A stretch of DNA of 64,000 nucleotides from an uncultured Desulfatitalea sp. (GCA_963668675.2 CAXXMB010000001.1:512001-576000), one strand, 5' to 3'; positions 1-10,477 are shown, counted from the stretch's first letter. The notes: generated by a model not told the origin, from the sequence alone. Translations and numbers: made by a program.

Positions 1-770
1 CCTTATCACAGCTATTTATAAATAACGAAATTATTTTTAGTTCCGGTATAAAAAACTTAGAATGCAGATGTCCACTTCCTGGTTTTTTGGATTTCAATGG
101 GGTTGCAAATTATTATCGGCATTATCTGGATTTAGAAAAAGGTATCGATCTAATAGAAAAGAATGTTGACAAAAAGACGATTAGATACTCAATCCGAAAA
201 GCTATTAAACATGGCGTTCAAATCCGGGAGGATAACTCTGAAAAGGCTCTATATCATTTTATTAGACTTAATGAACTAACTCGTGCAAAACACAAAGTTC
301 CTGCGCAACCTAAACAATTTTTTAAAAATATCTACAAGAACATAGTTCAACAAAATAGAGGATATTTTTTGATTGCAGAGCATCAAGGTATTGTAACTGC
401 AGCTTCACTATTTCTTTTGTGCGGTGATATAATTCATTATAAATATAGTGCCTCTGATCCGAGCGTTTTTGGAACAGTTTCTCCTAACCATTTACTGACC
501 TGGACTGCTATTCAAAATAGTATTTTAAAAGGATATAAAAAATTTGACTTCGGAAGAACATCTACTGATAATAGCGGGCTTGTTCGATATAAAAGAATGT
601 GGGGATGCAATGAAATAGAATGGGATTATAGCTATTATCCGGAAGTATGCGGTGCTTCTTCTATTAAGGAAAGTAGTCCAAAGTACCAATTGTTGATAAA
701 AACTTGGGATAAGCTGCCTAAATTTCTGAAGGATATTATAAGTTTAAGGATGTATAAATATCTGGGATAA
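1..770 (+). CDS. GNAT/FemAB-like protein (XrtA/PEP-CTERM EPS-locus type), 5'-partial
   Basis: Frame is open from base 3 to the stop at 770. Motifs IRKAIKHGV, YSAS, PNHLLTW, FDFGRTS..GL..YKRMWG are typical of FemAB-like GNATs. Confidence 0.8.
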   Translation, partial: LSQLFINNEIIFSSGIKNLECRCPLPGFLDFNGVANYYRHYLDLEKGIDLIEKNVDKKTIRYSIRKAIKHGVQIREDNSEKALYHFIRLNELTRAKHKVPAQPKQFFKNIYKNIVQQNRGYFLIAEHQGIVTAASLFLLCGDIIHYKYSASDPSVFGTVSPNHLLTWTAIQNSILKGYKKFDFGRTSTDNSGLVRYKRMWGCNEIEWDYSYYPEVCGASSIKESSPKYQLLIKTWDKLPKFLKDIISLRMYKYLG

Positions 771-852
771 TAACTCATATTCTTTTGGGATGATATCCAA
801 CATTCTAGTATGATTTTTCATTGAAATCAAATCATAGTCTATGAGGTAGTTC

Positions 853-2058
853 ATGTTGTCATTTTTAAGACGATACAAGGTACTTGATTATTCCTGTATA
901 TTTCTTCTCATTATAATTGCCAGCTACTTATATAAGCATTTGTATAGCGCCGATCAATATGCAATGGATAGGTTTGGTTTTGCGTATAAAATCATTCTTT
1001 GGTCAATCCGCATTGGAATTCCACTCCTTTTAACTTCATTAATAGTTGTATTCATTAAATTTCGTCAAGGAAAGCTGCCTATTGGGGGAATTATACTTTT
1101 TCTTTGCAGTACAATTATATGTGTCCTACTTATCTTTCCACTAGGTAATTATTATTATAATCGTGCTACTCGCATCAATCAAAAATTGGATATGTATCAT
1201 CCATTTCTTCAACTAAAACCTAATATGCTCAATGTCTCATCTAAAGATAACGATACGTTGCGTATACTATGTTTAGGGGGCTCCACTACAGAATGGGGAG
1301 ATCGTGTAAGCAATATTGGGTGGCCGAAGCGCGTTGAGAATATGCTGTTGAACAAATACCCTCATAAAAAAATTGAGATCATAAATGGAGGCCGACAGTG
1401 GTATACTTCATTGCATACATTAATTAATTACCAGGTTAATCTTCGTAAGATCGCTCCAGATATCGTTATGGTTATGCATGGCATAAACGATTTGCTATGC
1501 AATGCCGACTTTTCCTATCTCAGTAAGGGGGAATTTAGGGAGGATTATGGTCATTTTTTAGGAGCTGTAACACGAATCATTGCAAGGGGTAATTTCATTC
1601 AAAAATTGTTTAGAGAGATCAATTTTTGGAGCAATAAAGAAAGAGAATTAATAGATACTACTCATTTTCCTGGTTTGGTATCCTTTAAAAGGAATTTATC
1701 AACACTCATTGAGTTATGTAGAAATGATAGTATTGAGGTGGTGCTGATTACTCAGCCAACATCGCTTAAAAAATTTATGACTGAGGACGAAATTCGAAAA
1801 TGCTATATGCTTAAAATTGAAGCTGTTGGTGTTAATAAAAGATGGAGCCATAAAACGGCATACGAAGGAATGAAAGCTTATAATGATCTTGCCACAAAAG
1901 TGGCTGCCGAAAATGATGTGTATTTAATTGATTTAGCATCTAATATCCCTTCAAGTTTTGAATATTTTTCAGACGAGGTTCACTATAAAGATATTACTTT
2001 CGATATTATCGCCACGCATGTTTCTAATGAATTAGTGAATTTCGGTTTGATCAATTAA
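853..2058 (+). CDS. Membrane-anchored SGNH/GDSL hydrolase-family protein
   Basis: N-terminal TM segments; GGSTT (block I), HGIND (block III), DEVH (block V). Confidence 0.8.
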   Translation: MLSFLRRYKVLDYSCIFLLIIIASYLYKHLYSADQYAMDRFGFAYKIILWSIRIGIPLLLTSLIVVFIKFRQGKLPIGGIILFLCSTIICVLLIFPLGNYYYNRATRINQKLDMYHPFLQLKPNMLNVSSKDNDTLRILCLGGSTTEWGDRVSNIGWPKRVENMLLNKYPHKKIEIINGGRQWYTSLHTLINYQVNLRKIAPDIVMVMHGINDLLCNADFSYLSKGEFREDYGHFLGAVTRIIARGNFIQKLFREINFWSNKERELIDTTHFPGLVSFKRNLSTLIELCRNDSIEVVLITQPTSLKKFMTEDEIRKCYMLKIEAVGVNKRWSHKTAYEGMKAYNDLATKVAAENDVYLIDLASNIPSSFEYFSDEVHYKDITFDIIATHVSNELVNFGLIN

Positions 2059-2106
2059 AATCCTTCAGCAAGAAAAAATATTACATAAAAAAAACAGGAA
2101 GTTAAC

Positions 2107-3921
2107 ATGAATATCCTTGGAATTTCATCATTCTACCATGATAGTGCAGCTTGTTTGCTACAGAATGGTCAAATAGTAGCTGCCGCTCAGGAAGAGCGGT
2201 TCTCCCGCAAGAAGCACGATCCTCGTTTTCCAAAACACGCCATAAATTATTGCTTGTCCGAAGCTGGCATTAAGGTCAATGACATCAATTATTTTGTTTT
2301 TTATGACAAACCTTTCATGACTTTTGAGCGTTTGTTACTCAGTTACCTGTCGGTTGCCCCGCGTGGGTTAAGATCTTGGTTGAAGGCCATGCCGCTCTGG
2401 CTTGGTCAGAAACTTCATGTCCCCAAGGTTTTAAAAAAGGAAATTGGTTATGAGGGGGTGGTACTATATACCGAGCACCATGAAGCTCATGCCGCTTCAG
2501 CGTTTTATTTAAGTCCGTTTGATGAGGCGGCTATCTTAACCGTAGATGGTGTGGGGGAATGGACCACTGCTAGTTACGGTGTTGGGAGAGGTCGTCAGAT
2601 TGAATTATTGAAGGAGATGCATTTCCCCGATTCTGTGGGCCTTCTCTATTCAGCATTTACCTATTTTACCGGGTTCCGTGTTAATTCAGGTGAATATAAG
2701 CTTATGGGGCTCGCACCTTATGGCAAGCCAATCTATAAAGATCTGATTTTGAATGAAATTATTGATGTTAAGGAAGATGGCTCGGTACGTTTGAATCTGT
2801 CTTTGTTTGACTTTCTTGGTGGTTTACGGATGACTAATCGGCGGTTTGAAAAACTTTTCAATGGTCCTCCCAGAGAGCCGGAGGCACCCATTTCCCAGCG
2901 TGAAATGGATATTGCCGCCAGTATTCAAAAGGTCACTGAAGATGTTGTATTGAAAATGGCCCAGCATGTGAGCAATGAAACCGGTATGAAAAATTTGTGC
3001 ATGGCCGGAGGCGTGGCGCTTAATTGTGTGGCCAATGGCCGGTTAATCAGAGATGGCGTTTTTGATGATCTTTGGATACAGCCGGCTGCTGGTGATGCCG
3101 GCGGGGCTGTTGGGGCAGTTTACTCAGTTTGGCACCGTTTTTTAGATAACGATCGAACCGTTTCTGGAGATGGTGATAGCCAACGAGGTAGTTACTTGGG
3201 ACCTGCATTTTCCCAGGATGAGATAAAAGATTTTCTAGATGAGAACAGCTATTCCTATGTTGAACTCGATCAAAAAGACAGAGCAATTCGTATTGCTGAA
3301 GAAATTCAAAAAGGCAATATCGTTGGCCATCTTTCCGGGCGTATGGAGTTTGGGCCAAGAGCCTTGGGGGCTAGAAGTATTTTAGGAGATCCTCGAAAAA
3401 AAGAAACACAATCCGTGATGAATCTAAAAATAAAATACCGAGAATCATTTCGTCCTTTTGCACCTTCAGTAATGGAGGATAAGATTTCTGAATATTTTGA
3501 TATCGATCGGCCAAGCCCGTATATGCTGCTTGTTGCGAACGTCAAGGAGGCGCGTAGGCTTCCAATGCCTGATGATGATAATATGAAGATGTTAGATAAG
3601 CTAAATATTCCCAGAAGTGATATTCCAGCCATTACTCATCTGGACTATTCAGCTCGTATACAGTCAGTTAGCAAAGATACAAAGCCAGATTACTATGAAA
3701 TTATCGAGGAATTCGAGAAGTTAACGGGGTGTGCAGTGATTGTAAATACGAGCTTTAACGTTCGTGGGGAGCCGATTGTCTGTACTCCTCAGGAAGCGTA
3801 TCAATGTTTTATGCGTACTGAGATGGATGTACTGGTTCTTGAAAATTGTATGCTTTATAAAGAGGAACAACCTAAGTGGATCGAAGGGGAAGAGTGGCGT
3901 GATGAACTTGAACTCGACTAA
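2107..3921 (+). CDS. Carbamoyltransferase (NodU/CmcH/SxtI family)
   Basis: YHDSAA, EERFSR.KH, EHHEAHAASA, GEYKLMGLAPYG, EFGPRALGARS, NTSFNVRGEP. Confidence 0.95.
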   Translation: MNILGISSFYHDSAACLLQNGQIVAAAQEERFSRKKHDPRFPKHAINYCLSEAGIKVNDINYFVFYDKPFMTFERLLLSYLSVAPRGLRSWLKAMPLWLGQKLHVPKVLKKEIGYEGVVLYTEHHEAHAASAFYLSPFDEAAILTVDGVGEWTTASYGVGRGRQIELLKEMHFPDSVGLLYSAFTYFTGFRVNSGEYKLMGLAPYGKPIYKDLILNEIIDVKEDGSVRLNLSLFDFLGGLRMTNRRFEKLFNGPPREPEAPISQREMDIAASIQKVTEDVVLKMAQHVSNETGMKNLCMAGGVALNCVANGRLIRDGVFDDLWIQPAAGDAGGAVGAVYSVWHRFLDNDRTVSGDGDSQRGSYLGPAFSQDEIKDFLDENSYSYVELDQKDRAIRIAEEIQKGNIVGHLSGRMEFGPRALGARSILGDPRKKETQSVMNLKIKYRESFRPFAPSVMEDKISEYFDIDRPSPYMLLVANVKEARRLPMPDDDNMKMLDKLNIPRSDIPAITHLDYSARIQSVSKDTKPDYYEIIEEFEKLTGCAVIVNTSFNVRGEPIVCTPQEAYQCFMRTEMDVLVLENCMLYKEEQPKWIEGEEWRDELELD

Positions 3922-4300
3922 TAGAGACATAAGAATATTTGGTCTGATTGCTGTAGTGTTTTTTGGTTCATTGTGTGCGTTGGCCATTTGGAGACAAAAC
4001 TTTTTTCTGATATGTTTCTTTGGCATCTTAAGTTTTTTAGGACTCTGTTTTTTAACACTTCCGAAGCCATTTAGACCTATATATAGAGGATGGCTGAAAA
4101 TTGCCCATCTTATAGGGATGGCATTCACGATTCTAATGTTAACGATCGCGTATTTCTTTGTGATTACACCCGCCGCATGGCTTAAAAGAATTTTCGGGGG
4201 TAGGCCTCTTCCTTTGCGACCTGATCCCACAATCGAGAGCTACTGGGTTAAACGTAAAGAACCAGCGCAACCCAAAGAACGGTTCTATTTAAGATATTAG
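3902..4300 (+). CDS. SxtJ-family membrane protein
   Basis: ATG 3902 overlaps the end of the carbamoyltransferase. Hydrophobic, with R.FGL, W.K.A..IG, YF.VITP and SYW motifs. Confidence 0.75.
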   Translation: MNLNSTNRDIRIFGLIAVVFFGSLCALAIWRQNFFLICFFGILSFLGLCFLTLPKPFRPIYRGWLKIAHLIGMAFTILMLTIAYFFVITPAAWLKRIFGGRPLPLRPDPTIESYWVKRKEPAQPKERFYLRY

Positions 4301-4305
4301 ATGGT

Positions 4306-4430
4306 TATTAACCCGGCAATTATAAATCACAGCGCTCGTTATTCCGGCGAAGGCCGGAATCCAGGTCGCTACTGGATCCCGGATCAAGTCCGGGATGGCG
4401 GAGGCTGGTATATTTACTTGCCGGTTTGAT
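4306..4430. repeat. REP/MITE-like nested palindrome
   Basis: Outer imperfect IR attaacccggcaa / ttgccggtttgat around the inner pair ttattccggcgaaggccggaatcc and ggatcccggatcaagtccgggatg. Confidence 0.8.
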
Positions 4431-4501
4431 ATTTTGATACTGACGTCTTTGTTCAGACGTTGAATTGGAACAATAGATCGTAACAAACTTAGGAGAATAT
4501 T

Positions 4502-4660
4502 ATGGGCAATAAATCCATTGTAACCGAATTTTGGGAGTTCTTACGATATCGGAAACGCTATTGGCTATTACCGATTGTACTCGTGTTAGTGATTATGAGC
4601 GCGCTAATTGTTTTTACACAGAGCAGTGCTGTGGCGCCTTTTATTTATGCACTTTTTTAA
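4502..4660 (+). CDS. 52-aa DUF5989/SxtK-like small membrane protein (not in ORF track)
   Basis: SD aggag; MGNKSIVTEFWEFLRYRKRYWLLPIVLVLVIMSALIVFTQSSAVAPFIYALF, ending in the family-typical SAVAPFIY.LF. Confidence 0.85.
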   Translation: MGNKSIVTEFWEFLRYRKRYWLLPIVLVLVIMSALIVFTQSSAVAPFIYALF

Positions 4661-4675
4661 TGGGCTACGCAAATA

Positions 4676-5191
4676 ATGACATTATTATTGCTGAATCGGT
4701 TATTAAATAAGCTTTGTTTCTTTTCCCCTGGCGGAAGTTCGCTGCGGCCGTTTCTACAACGTGCTCGTGGTGTTATGGTCGGTAAAGACGTTTGGATCAG
4801 CCAATATGTCTATTTCGACGAACTTCACCCGGAAGGTATTGAGATTGGAGACAATGTTACCATCGGTATCCGCTCTTCGATTATTACCCATTTTTATTGG
4901 GGGCCAAGAAAGACTGAGGGCGGATATAAAAAGGTTATCATTGAAGATGATGTGTTTATCGGACCGCATTGCTTGATTATGCCTGGTGTAACAATCGGAA
5001 AAGGTTCGGTGGTAAAAGGAGGTACGACGGTTTCGAGGAATGTACCGCCAAACACAATGTGGGGCTCCCCTGATGCCGGCCCTATCGGTACGGTAGGGGT
5101 GCCTTTGACGCCACACCATTCGTACGATGATTTTATAAGAGGGTTGAGGCCCTACAGAAAGAGAAAATCAGAACGGCCGAATAGAAACTAA
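4676..5191 (+). CDS. Hexapeptide-repeat (left-handed beta-helix) acyltransferase
   Basis: IEIGDNVTIG and VIIEDDVFIGPHCLIMPGVTIGKGSVV repeats. Confidence 0.85.
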   Translation: MTLLLLNRLLNKLCFFSPGGSSLRPFLQRARGVMVGKDVWISQYVYFDELHPEGIEIGDNVTIGIRSSIITHFYWGPRKTEGGYKKVIIEDDVFIGPHCLIMPGVTIGKGSVVKGGTTVSRNVPPNTMWGSPDAGPIGTVGVPLTPHHSYDDFIRGLRPYRKRKSERPNRN

Positions 5192-5213
5192 ATTAGGATT
5201 TTCATCGTCAGAT

Positions 5214-6587
5214 ATGTTTCGATTCCATTCGAGAAGAGGCTTTTTAAAGAAAGCCATAGCTGTCATTTTATGCTCTGCTTTAGGCCGGCGATTTTCCGCT
5301 TTCGCCGGCGTTCGACCCCGAAAGGAGTTGAAGGAGGTCCAGAGTCATGTCTATCGGGCCGTCAATGGAGGTCCTGGCAGAAATATTGAGAAATTGATCG
5401 AGCTCATGGGAGGAGTTGAGACCATTATCGGAGACAGCGATATCGTCTTAATTAAGCCCAATGTGCAATGGTGGAACCAAGGGTGCCCTAATCTTCTGGC
5501 CGTTTATACATTTATTCAGTTGATAATGAAAAGGCCCGGCGGATTTCATGGCGAAGTCATTATTGCAGAGAATTGCCATCGGGGCCGTGAACCGTCAAAC
5601 TCGGGCGGTTGGGGTGCGGATTTCGAAAGAAACGCCTCTATGGCCGGGGTGGCCAATTACAAAGAGCTGACAGCAAAGATCAAGAGCGAATTTGGGGATA
5701 GATTTTCAGTTATTCATTGGATTGATGTTAAATACGGCGCAAATCGTGTCTGTTCTCCGCATGACGGTGTGGGGTATGTCTATTGTGACGGTTCTAATGG
5801 TGCGCCGCTGTTAAGCATGGACAATGGATTGGCAGGGGAAAATAGAAGGTCGGTTATCATGACCTATCCGATTTTTAAAACGGACAGGGGAACCATTGTC
5901 GATTTCAAAAATGGCGTTTGGAAAGATGGCCGATATACGGATCAGCCTTTGCGGTTTATCAACTTTGCCGCTTTGAACCACCACAGCGAGTACTGCGGTG
6001 CAACGAGCGCACTGAAAAATTATTTGGGTGTTACCGACTTGAGTGGAGGTCCTGATCCTTATTCAGACGGTAAACTAACGGGCGATTTTTATAATTTTCA
6101 CTCTTTCCCTTTTGATAAATGGTCATCCGGGCCAAGACCAGGGATGATCGGGGCTGAAATCGGGTTTTTTATGCGCACAATCCGTAAGGCGGACCTCAAC
6201 ATCACTTCGGCAGAATGGACGGGGCTGGCTTCAAGGACTGAGTTGCCGGCTGCAAAGACCCGCGCTGTGCTTGCTTCAACAGACCCCGTTGCCTTGGATT
6301 ACCATGCTACGAAGTATATCCTCTATCCAAATTCCTCCATTGCTTTTCATGACCCTGATAATTTGCAGGGGCCATTGTATCATGATTTAAAAAGGTGTTC
6401 AGAGGCGACCGGGGATGCGTTTGACGAGTCGAGGGTGGAAATTGTTTCATGGGATTTTTCGAAAAGCCGGCGCCAACGAGACGATGAGCTTGTTATTAAG
6501 GGAGAGTGCGATTGGGGCGGCAATGCGAGGACTCTTTTAAAGTATGCACTTTTTAGATGGTTTCCTGGGATAGCTAAGTTCTTCTAA
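5214..6587 (+). CDS. DUF362-like protein with Tat signal
   Basis: SRRGFLK twin-arginine leader; VLIKPN, T.ALKN..G, STDPVALD. Confidence 0.7.
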   Translation: MFRFHSRRGFLKKAIAVILCSALGRRFSAFAGVRPRKELKEVQSHVYRAVNGGPGRNIEKLIELMGGVETIIGDSDIVLIKPNVQWWNQGCPNLLAVYTFIQLIMKRPGGFHGEVIIAENCHRGREPSNSGGWGADFERNASMAGVANYKELTAKIKSEFGDRFSVIHWIDVKYGANRVCSPHDGVGYVYCDGSNGAPLLSMDNGLAGENRRSVIMTYPIFKTDRGTIVDFKNGVWKDGRYTDQPLRFINFAALNHHSEYCGATSALKNYLGVTDLSGGPDPYSDGKLTGDFYNFHSFPFDKWSSGPRPGMIGAEIGFFMRTIRKADLNITSAEWTGLASRTELPAAKTRAVLASTDPVALDYHATKYILYPNSSIAFHDPDNLQGPLYHDLKRCSEATGDAFDESRVEIVSWDFSKSRRQRDDELVIKGECDWGGNARTLLKYALFRWFPGIAKFF

Positions 6588-6605
6588 TTTTTACGGTGCA
6601 GGTTT

Positions 6606-7478
6606 ATGGTGGCAATGAGTATGATGGAATCTTCTATGAAAGAAAAGGTGTGCCTGGTGACGGGTGCAACTTCAGGAATTGGAAGGGCCACGGCGGTAAC
6701 ATTGATGCAAATGGGTGCTAACACTATCCTGGTGGGACGAGATCGGGAAAAATGCGAAAAGGTCCTGAAAAAGGCTCAAAAAATAAATTCAAATGCCAAG
6801 GCTGAATATATCATTGCAGACTTATCGTCTAAGCGTGATATTCGTCGTCTGGCTGATGAATTCAATAGTAAATACGACAGGTTGGATGTTTTGGTCAATA
6901 ATGCGGGGGCAAAATTTGTGCAGCGTAGCACTACTGTCGATGGATATGAAATGAGCTTCGCCCTCAATCACCTGGCTTATTTTCTGCTGACTCATCTGAT
7001 GTTGGATCGTTTGAAGGCGACGGGGCGTTCACGCATCGTCAACGTCTCTTCAGGGGCGCATGGCGGCGCTGTGATAGATTTTGAGGACCTTCAGAGCGAA
7101 AAAGGATATGTCGGAAAAGCCGCCTACAATCGATCGAAGCTGGCGAACCTGTTATTTACGTATGAACTGTCAAGAAAGCTGGATGGTACGGGAATAACGG
7201 TGAATGCAGTTGCTCCCGGAGGGGTCATCACGAATTTTTGCAGGAATAATGGTTGGGTCAGCTGGTCAAAACACGTGCTGGCGCATATCCTGGCCAGGAA
7301 CCTGATCGGCCCTAAGAAGGCTTCCGAGACGATCATTTATTTATGCACTTCACCCGATGTTGAGGGGGTGAGTGGTCAATATTTTTTTGACAAGAGATTA
7401 ATCAAATCTTCCCGTGAGTCCTATGACGAACAGAGTGCCAAGCGTTTGTGGGAAGAGAGTTTGAAGCTTGTTGAGTGA
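6606..7478 (+). CDS. SDR oxidoreductase (retinol dehydrogenase-like)
   Basis: TGATSGIG, NNAG, YNRSK. Confidence 0.9.
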   Translation: MVAMSMMESSMKEKVCLVTGATSGIGRATAVTLMQMGANTILVGRDREKCEKVLKKAQKINSNAKAEYIIADLSSKRDIRRLADEFNSKYDRLDVLVNNAGAKFVQRSTTVDGYEMSFALNHLAYFLLTHLMLDRLKATGRSRIVNVSSGAHGGAVIDFEDLQSEKGYVGKAAYNRSKLANLLFTYELSRKLDGTGITVNAVAPGGVITNFCRNNGWVSWSKHVLAHILARNLIGPKKASETIIYLCTSPDVEGVSGQYFFDKRLIKSSRESYDEQSAKRLWEESLKLVE

Positions 7479-7535
7479 GTAATCGTATCCTCTCCGTGTA
7501 TAGAAATCATATCTGAGTCATCCTTATAAAAAATC

Positions 7536-7885
7536 TACCCGGTTCTCTATGAAAGTTAAGTTAACATTCGAAATAGCAATTAGCGTCATTCCGGGCTTGA
7601 CCCGGAATCCAGTATTTCCAATCTTTGCTGGATGCCGGATCAAGTCCGGCATGACGTTGCAGAAATTTTCGACATGCCCATTATCCTTTTCATTCAAAAA
7701 GGAAATTTCGGTCTGAACGCCCAATAGCTGACCAACTTAATCTTCATAGAGAACCGGGAAAATCTATTCGGTTTAACAGATGCTTCTGTCTCATATCGCT
7801 GGATCCCGGATCAAGTCCGGGATGACGGTATGTTTTGGATCGAGTCCTGGATTACAGTATGTTCCGAGCCGAATCCGCGATGACG
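7536..7885. repeat. Cluster of nested REP/MITE-like palindromes
   Basis: Outer IR cccggttctctatgaa (~7537) / ttcatagagaaccggg (~7743) around gtcattccgggcttgacccggaatcc...ggatgccggatcaagtccggcatgac; further copy at ~7799. Confidence 0.8.
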
Positions 7886-8076
7886 GCATATAGGATGTGG
7901 GGTGTATCTGTGGCCGGCTTATTTTTGTATAACCTTTTTTACATAATACCTATGGCTTTGATGAGTCTGTGTGTGGTGTCTTTTTCTATATATGGTTGAA
8001 TTCCAGCAATCTGATTTGTATGAGCTGTGCATAGGCATGACTAATACAAAATTATCTTTGACGAGTAACTGGCCAA

Positions 8077-8760
8077 TTGCAAAAGAAAAATAAATATATT
8101 TATCGTTCAAAATTATCAGAGGCCAAGTTCAGAGAGATCGTAAGGTATTTCAGTCTCGATATCGAGGCGAATAAGGCCGCTGTGCTGGCGTCGTTGAACC
8201 GCAACACTTTAAACCGCTATTACAATCTGGTTCGCAGATGTGTGACTCAATATTGCGAGTACAAAGGATGCCATTTGGGATTTGTAGAAAAGGCCGTTTC
8301 AGGCGAAAACCATCAAGTTGGAGATGAAGGGTGCTATTCTGTTGAGAGTGGTTCGATGGTTTTTGGGGTGTGTTTGATAGCTGGTTGGATATACACAGAA
8401 ATTATCCATGAAACCGATTTGCCCGAAGATCGAAATATGCTTGTTTCACGCAATGGTGTTGAATGTTATCTGCGAGACTGCCCTAACCCACGGATAAAAG
8501 AGTACAGGGCGTTGGTCGATTTTGACTCAGGGCGATATGTTCGCACCTCCCATTCCGGTGAAGATAAGGGCAGGGCAGTGGATGTGAAATCGTGCGATCT
8601 TTTTTGGGGTTATGCAAAGAGCCGACTGTTAAAATTTAATGGGATATCAAAATCAACATTGTATTTTCATATCAAAGAGTGTGAATTTCGATATAACCAT
8701 AGGGGTGAAGATCTATATAAGTTGCTGCTCAAAATAATTAGAGAAAATCCAATAAACTAG
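8077..8760 (+). mobile_element. IS1595-family (IS1016-like) transposase, degenerate catalytic region
   Basis: N-terminus RSKLSEAKFREI..YF..D...LNRNT; C-terminus FWGYAKSRLLKFNG....YFHIKECEFRYNHR; IR-like ctagtccagcc at the stop. Confidence 0.7.
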
Positions 8761-8805
8761 TCCAGCCACTTGTATTGGGGTCTTTTTACTTGCTTGAATT
8801 TTTAG

Positions 8806-8821
8806 TGGCACAGCCCTTGCT
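8806..8821 (+). promoter_or_regulatory. sigma54 (-24/-12) promoter
   Basis: TGGCAC-AGCCC-TTGCT, a perfect consensus. Confidence 0.8.
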
Positions 8822-8950
8822 TTTGTCTCCTAACAGGCTTCGTGAACAAGATGACCGTCTCTTTAGCGGCAATTGTTCAATCAAGAACGGAAAAACATAG
8901 TGCAGGCGTTGGCGTAGTGTGCGAAGTTCTGCACTGGAACTGGGGCAGAG

Positions 8951-9166
8951 ATGAGGGCAATTCGTTATATAGCATTATCAGGCGCAGTGATGGCGCTATT
9001 GTTGATTGGAAGTGGGTTTGCATATGGGCCGGTTGAGGCTGATATGGTAATGGGCAGCGGAACGCCATTTTCTATAGCAAACCCAGGAAAGGCGCTATCA
9101 GTAGGTGTGGCCTTTATTTTGATCGGCTTGTTCGGCAACAGAAGATTCATTAAGAAATCCTTATAG
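8951..9166 (+). CDS. 71-aa micro-protein: signal peptide + variant PEP-CTERM-like tail
   Basis: Signal peptide, short linker, TM helix and GLFGNRRFIKK; paralogous tail at 10557-10730. Confidence 0.7.
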   Translation: MRAIRYIALSGAVMALLLIGSGFAYGPVEADMVMGSGTPFSIANPGKALSVGVAFILIGLFGNRRFIKKSL

Positions 9167-9224
9167 GAGTATTGCAAATTCAATAGAATCGGTTAAAGGC
9201 TTGGGGTTGAAGAAGGAGGAGTGG

Positions 9225-10001
9225 ATGCGGAAATTTATATGGGTGTTATTGGTTTTGGCCTTTTTAGCGTTATCGGGAGTCTGTTATGCGGCGCCATTTA
9301 CTGTCGTGGATACGACATGGGTTAAGACCCAAAATGGAGATTGGTACGGAACGAGCGGAGATAGTGCTATTGGTGGATCCAATTACAACACCTCCAAGGT
9401 TTTGATAGACCAGGTTGGAGGCAATTTGGTTTTTAACTTTTATACGGTGTTCGACAACGACGATACGGGAGATGGTTATTTTCAGCTTCCCGGAACGAAT
9501 GTAAATACGTACCTTGCCGATCTGGCGCTCGATACCAATGGTGATGGGTTTTTTGATAAAGGCGTCGTTTTGAAAGACCATGCAGAGTGGACTGAAGGCA
9601 CGCTGCCTGGAAATAGTTACGGTGTTGGTCTTTACGATGCTTCGTCATGGGATACATCCAGCTATTTTATGGGCGGTCTTTCCGGCATCATTTATGGTGA
9701 GGAGTGGGCGGTGGAAAAAGAAGGCACTCTGCAAGATTCAATGGTGGCCATTTCTGAAGGATCTCTCTTGGGAGATGCGATGGTTTCATGGGCTGATGAT
9801 GTTTGGTCTGTTTCTATTGCCCTGGCCGATTTGGGTGTTGCGGGAGGTGACTTGAGTTTTTACTGGGGCACGGCTTCTTGCGGAAATGATCCCATCTCTG
9901 GGACAGTGCATGTTCCTGAACCCGGCACGCTTTTATTTCTGAGTGGCTTTGTTTTGGGGTTGGGGATCGTCGGAAGAAAGAAGTTGGTGTTGCCTCTGTA
10001 G
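9225..10001 (+). CDS. PEP-CTERM sorting-domain protein
   Basis: Signal peptide; VPEPGTLLFLSGFVLGLGIVGRKK; SD aggagg. Confidence 0.9.
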   Translation: MRKFIWVLLVLAFLALSGVCYAAPFTVVDTTWVKTQNGDWYGTSGDSAIGGSNYNTSKVLIDQVGGNLVFNFYTVFDNDDTGDGYFQLPGTNVNTYLADLALDTNGDGFFDKGVVLKDHAEWTEGTLPGNSYGVGLYDASSWDTSSYFMGGLSGIIYGEEWAVEKEGTLQDSMVAISEGSLLGDAMVSWADDVWSVSIALADLGVAGGDLSFYWGTASCGNDPISGTVHVPEPGTLLFLSGFVLGLGIVGRKKLVLPL

Positions 10002-10092
10002 TTAAGCAGGCGCATGAATTATCATGCCGGCGCTGGTTATTGGCGGGATAGCCGGTGCTGGGCATGCGTGTTGAGATTATAGATTGCTTTAC

Positions 10093-10135
10093 AAGGGGAG
10101 CTGGGGAACTGAATGTTTCACAGCTCCCCTTTTTT
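10093..10135 (+). terminator. Rho-independent terminator
   Basis: aaggggagctg...cagctcccctt followed by a T run. Confidence 0.75.
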
Positions 10136-10461
10136 ATTGTTTCCTTTAGGTTGTGGAAGCAAAGGGCCGGTATATGTAATTTGTTTCTCATCTTTCCTAT
10201 AATCGATTTCCTAATTTCCATGTCATATTGCGTTGTTTTAGATTGAACTGATGATTTTGAATTTTTGGACAGGGTAGTAAGACTATATAAATACAAAAAA
10301 TATAATGTAACCAGAAGAAAAATAAGAAAAAAATATAAAATACTATATTACATTAAATATTGTTTAAAATAATTAAATATAAATAGCAAAAACAGTTATA
10401 TATAAAATATAAAGTGAGCTAAAATAGGCTAGCCTCATGCATAACACGATTTTTAATCTTT

Positions 10462-10477
10462 AGGCATATATATTGCT
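10462..10477 (+). promoter_or_regulatory. sigma54 promoter
   Basis: AGGCAT-ATATA-TTGCT (GG-N10-GC) after a very AT-rich spacer. Confidence 0.65.

Noticed and set aside
2107..4660. Saxitoxin gene cluster
   Set aside because: Only sxtIJK-like genes are present; no sxtA/sxtG-type core genes.
8840..8940. Possible c-di-GMP-II riboswitch in the leader after the sigma54 site
   Set aside because: Only loose resemblance (acaagatga...tagtgca). The GCAC pseudoknot partner and kink-turn residues are missing; a simple agtgcag/ctgcact hairpin explains it.
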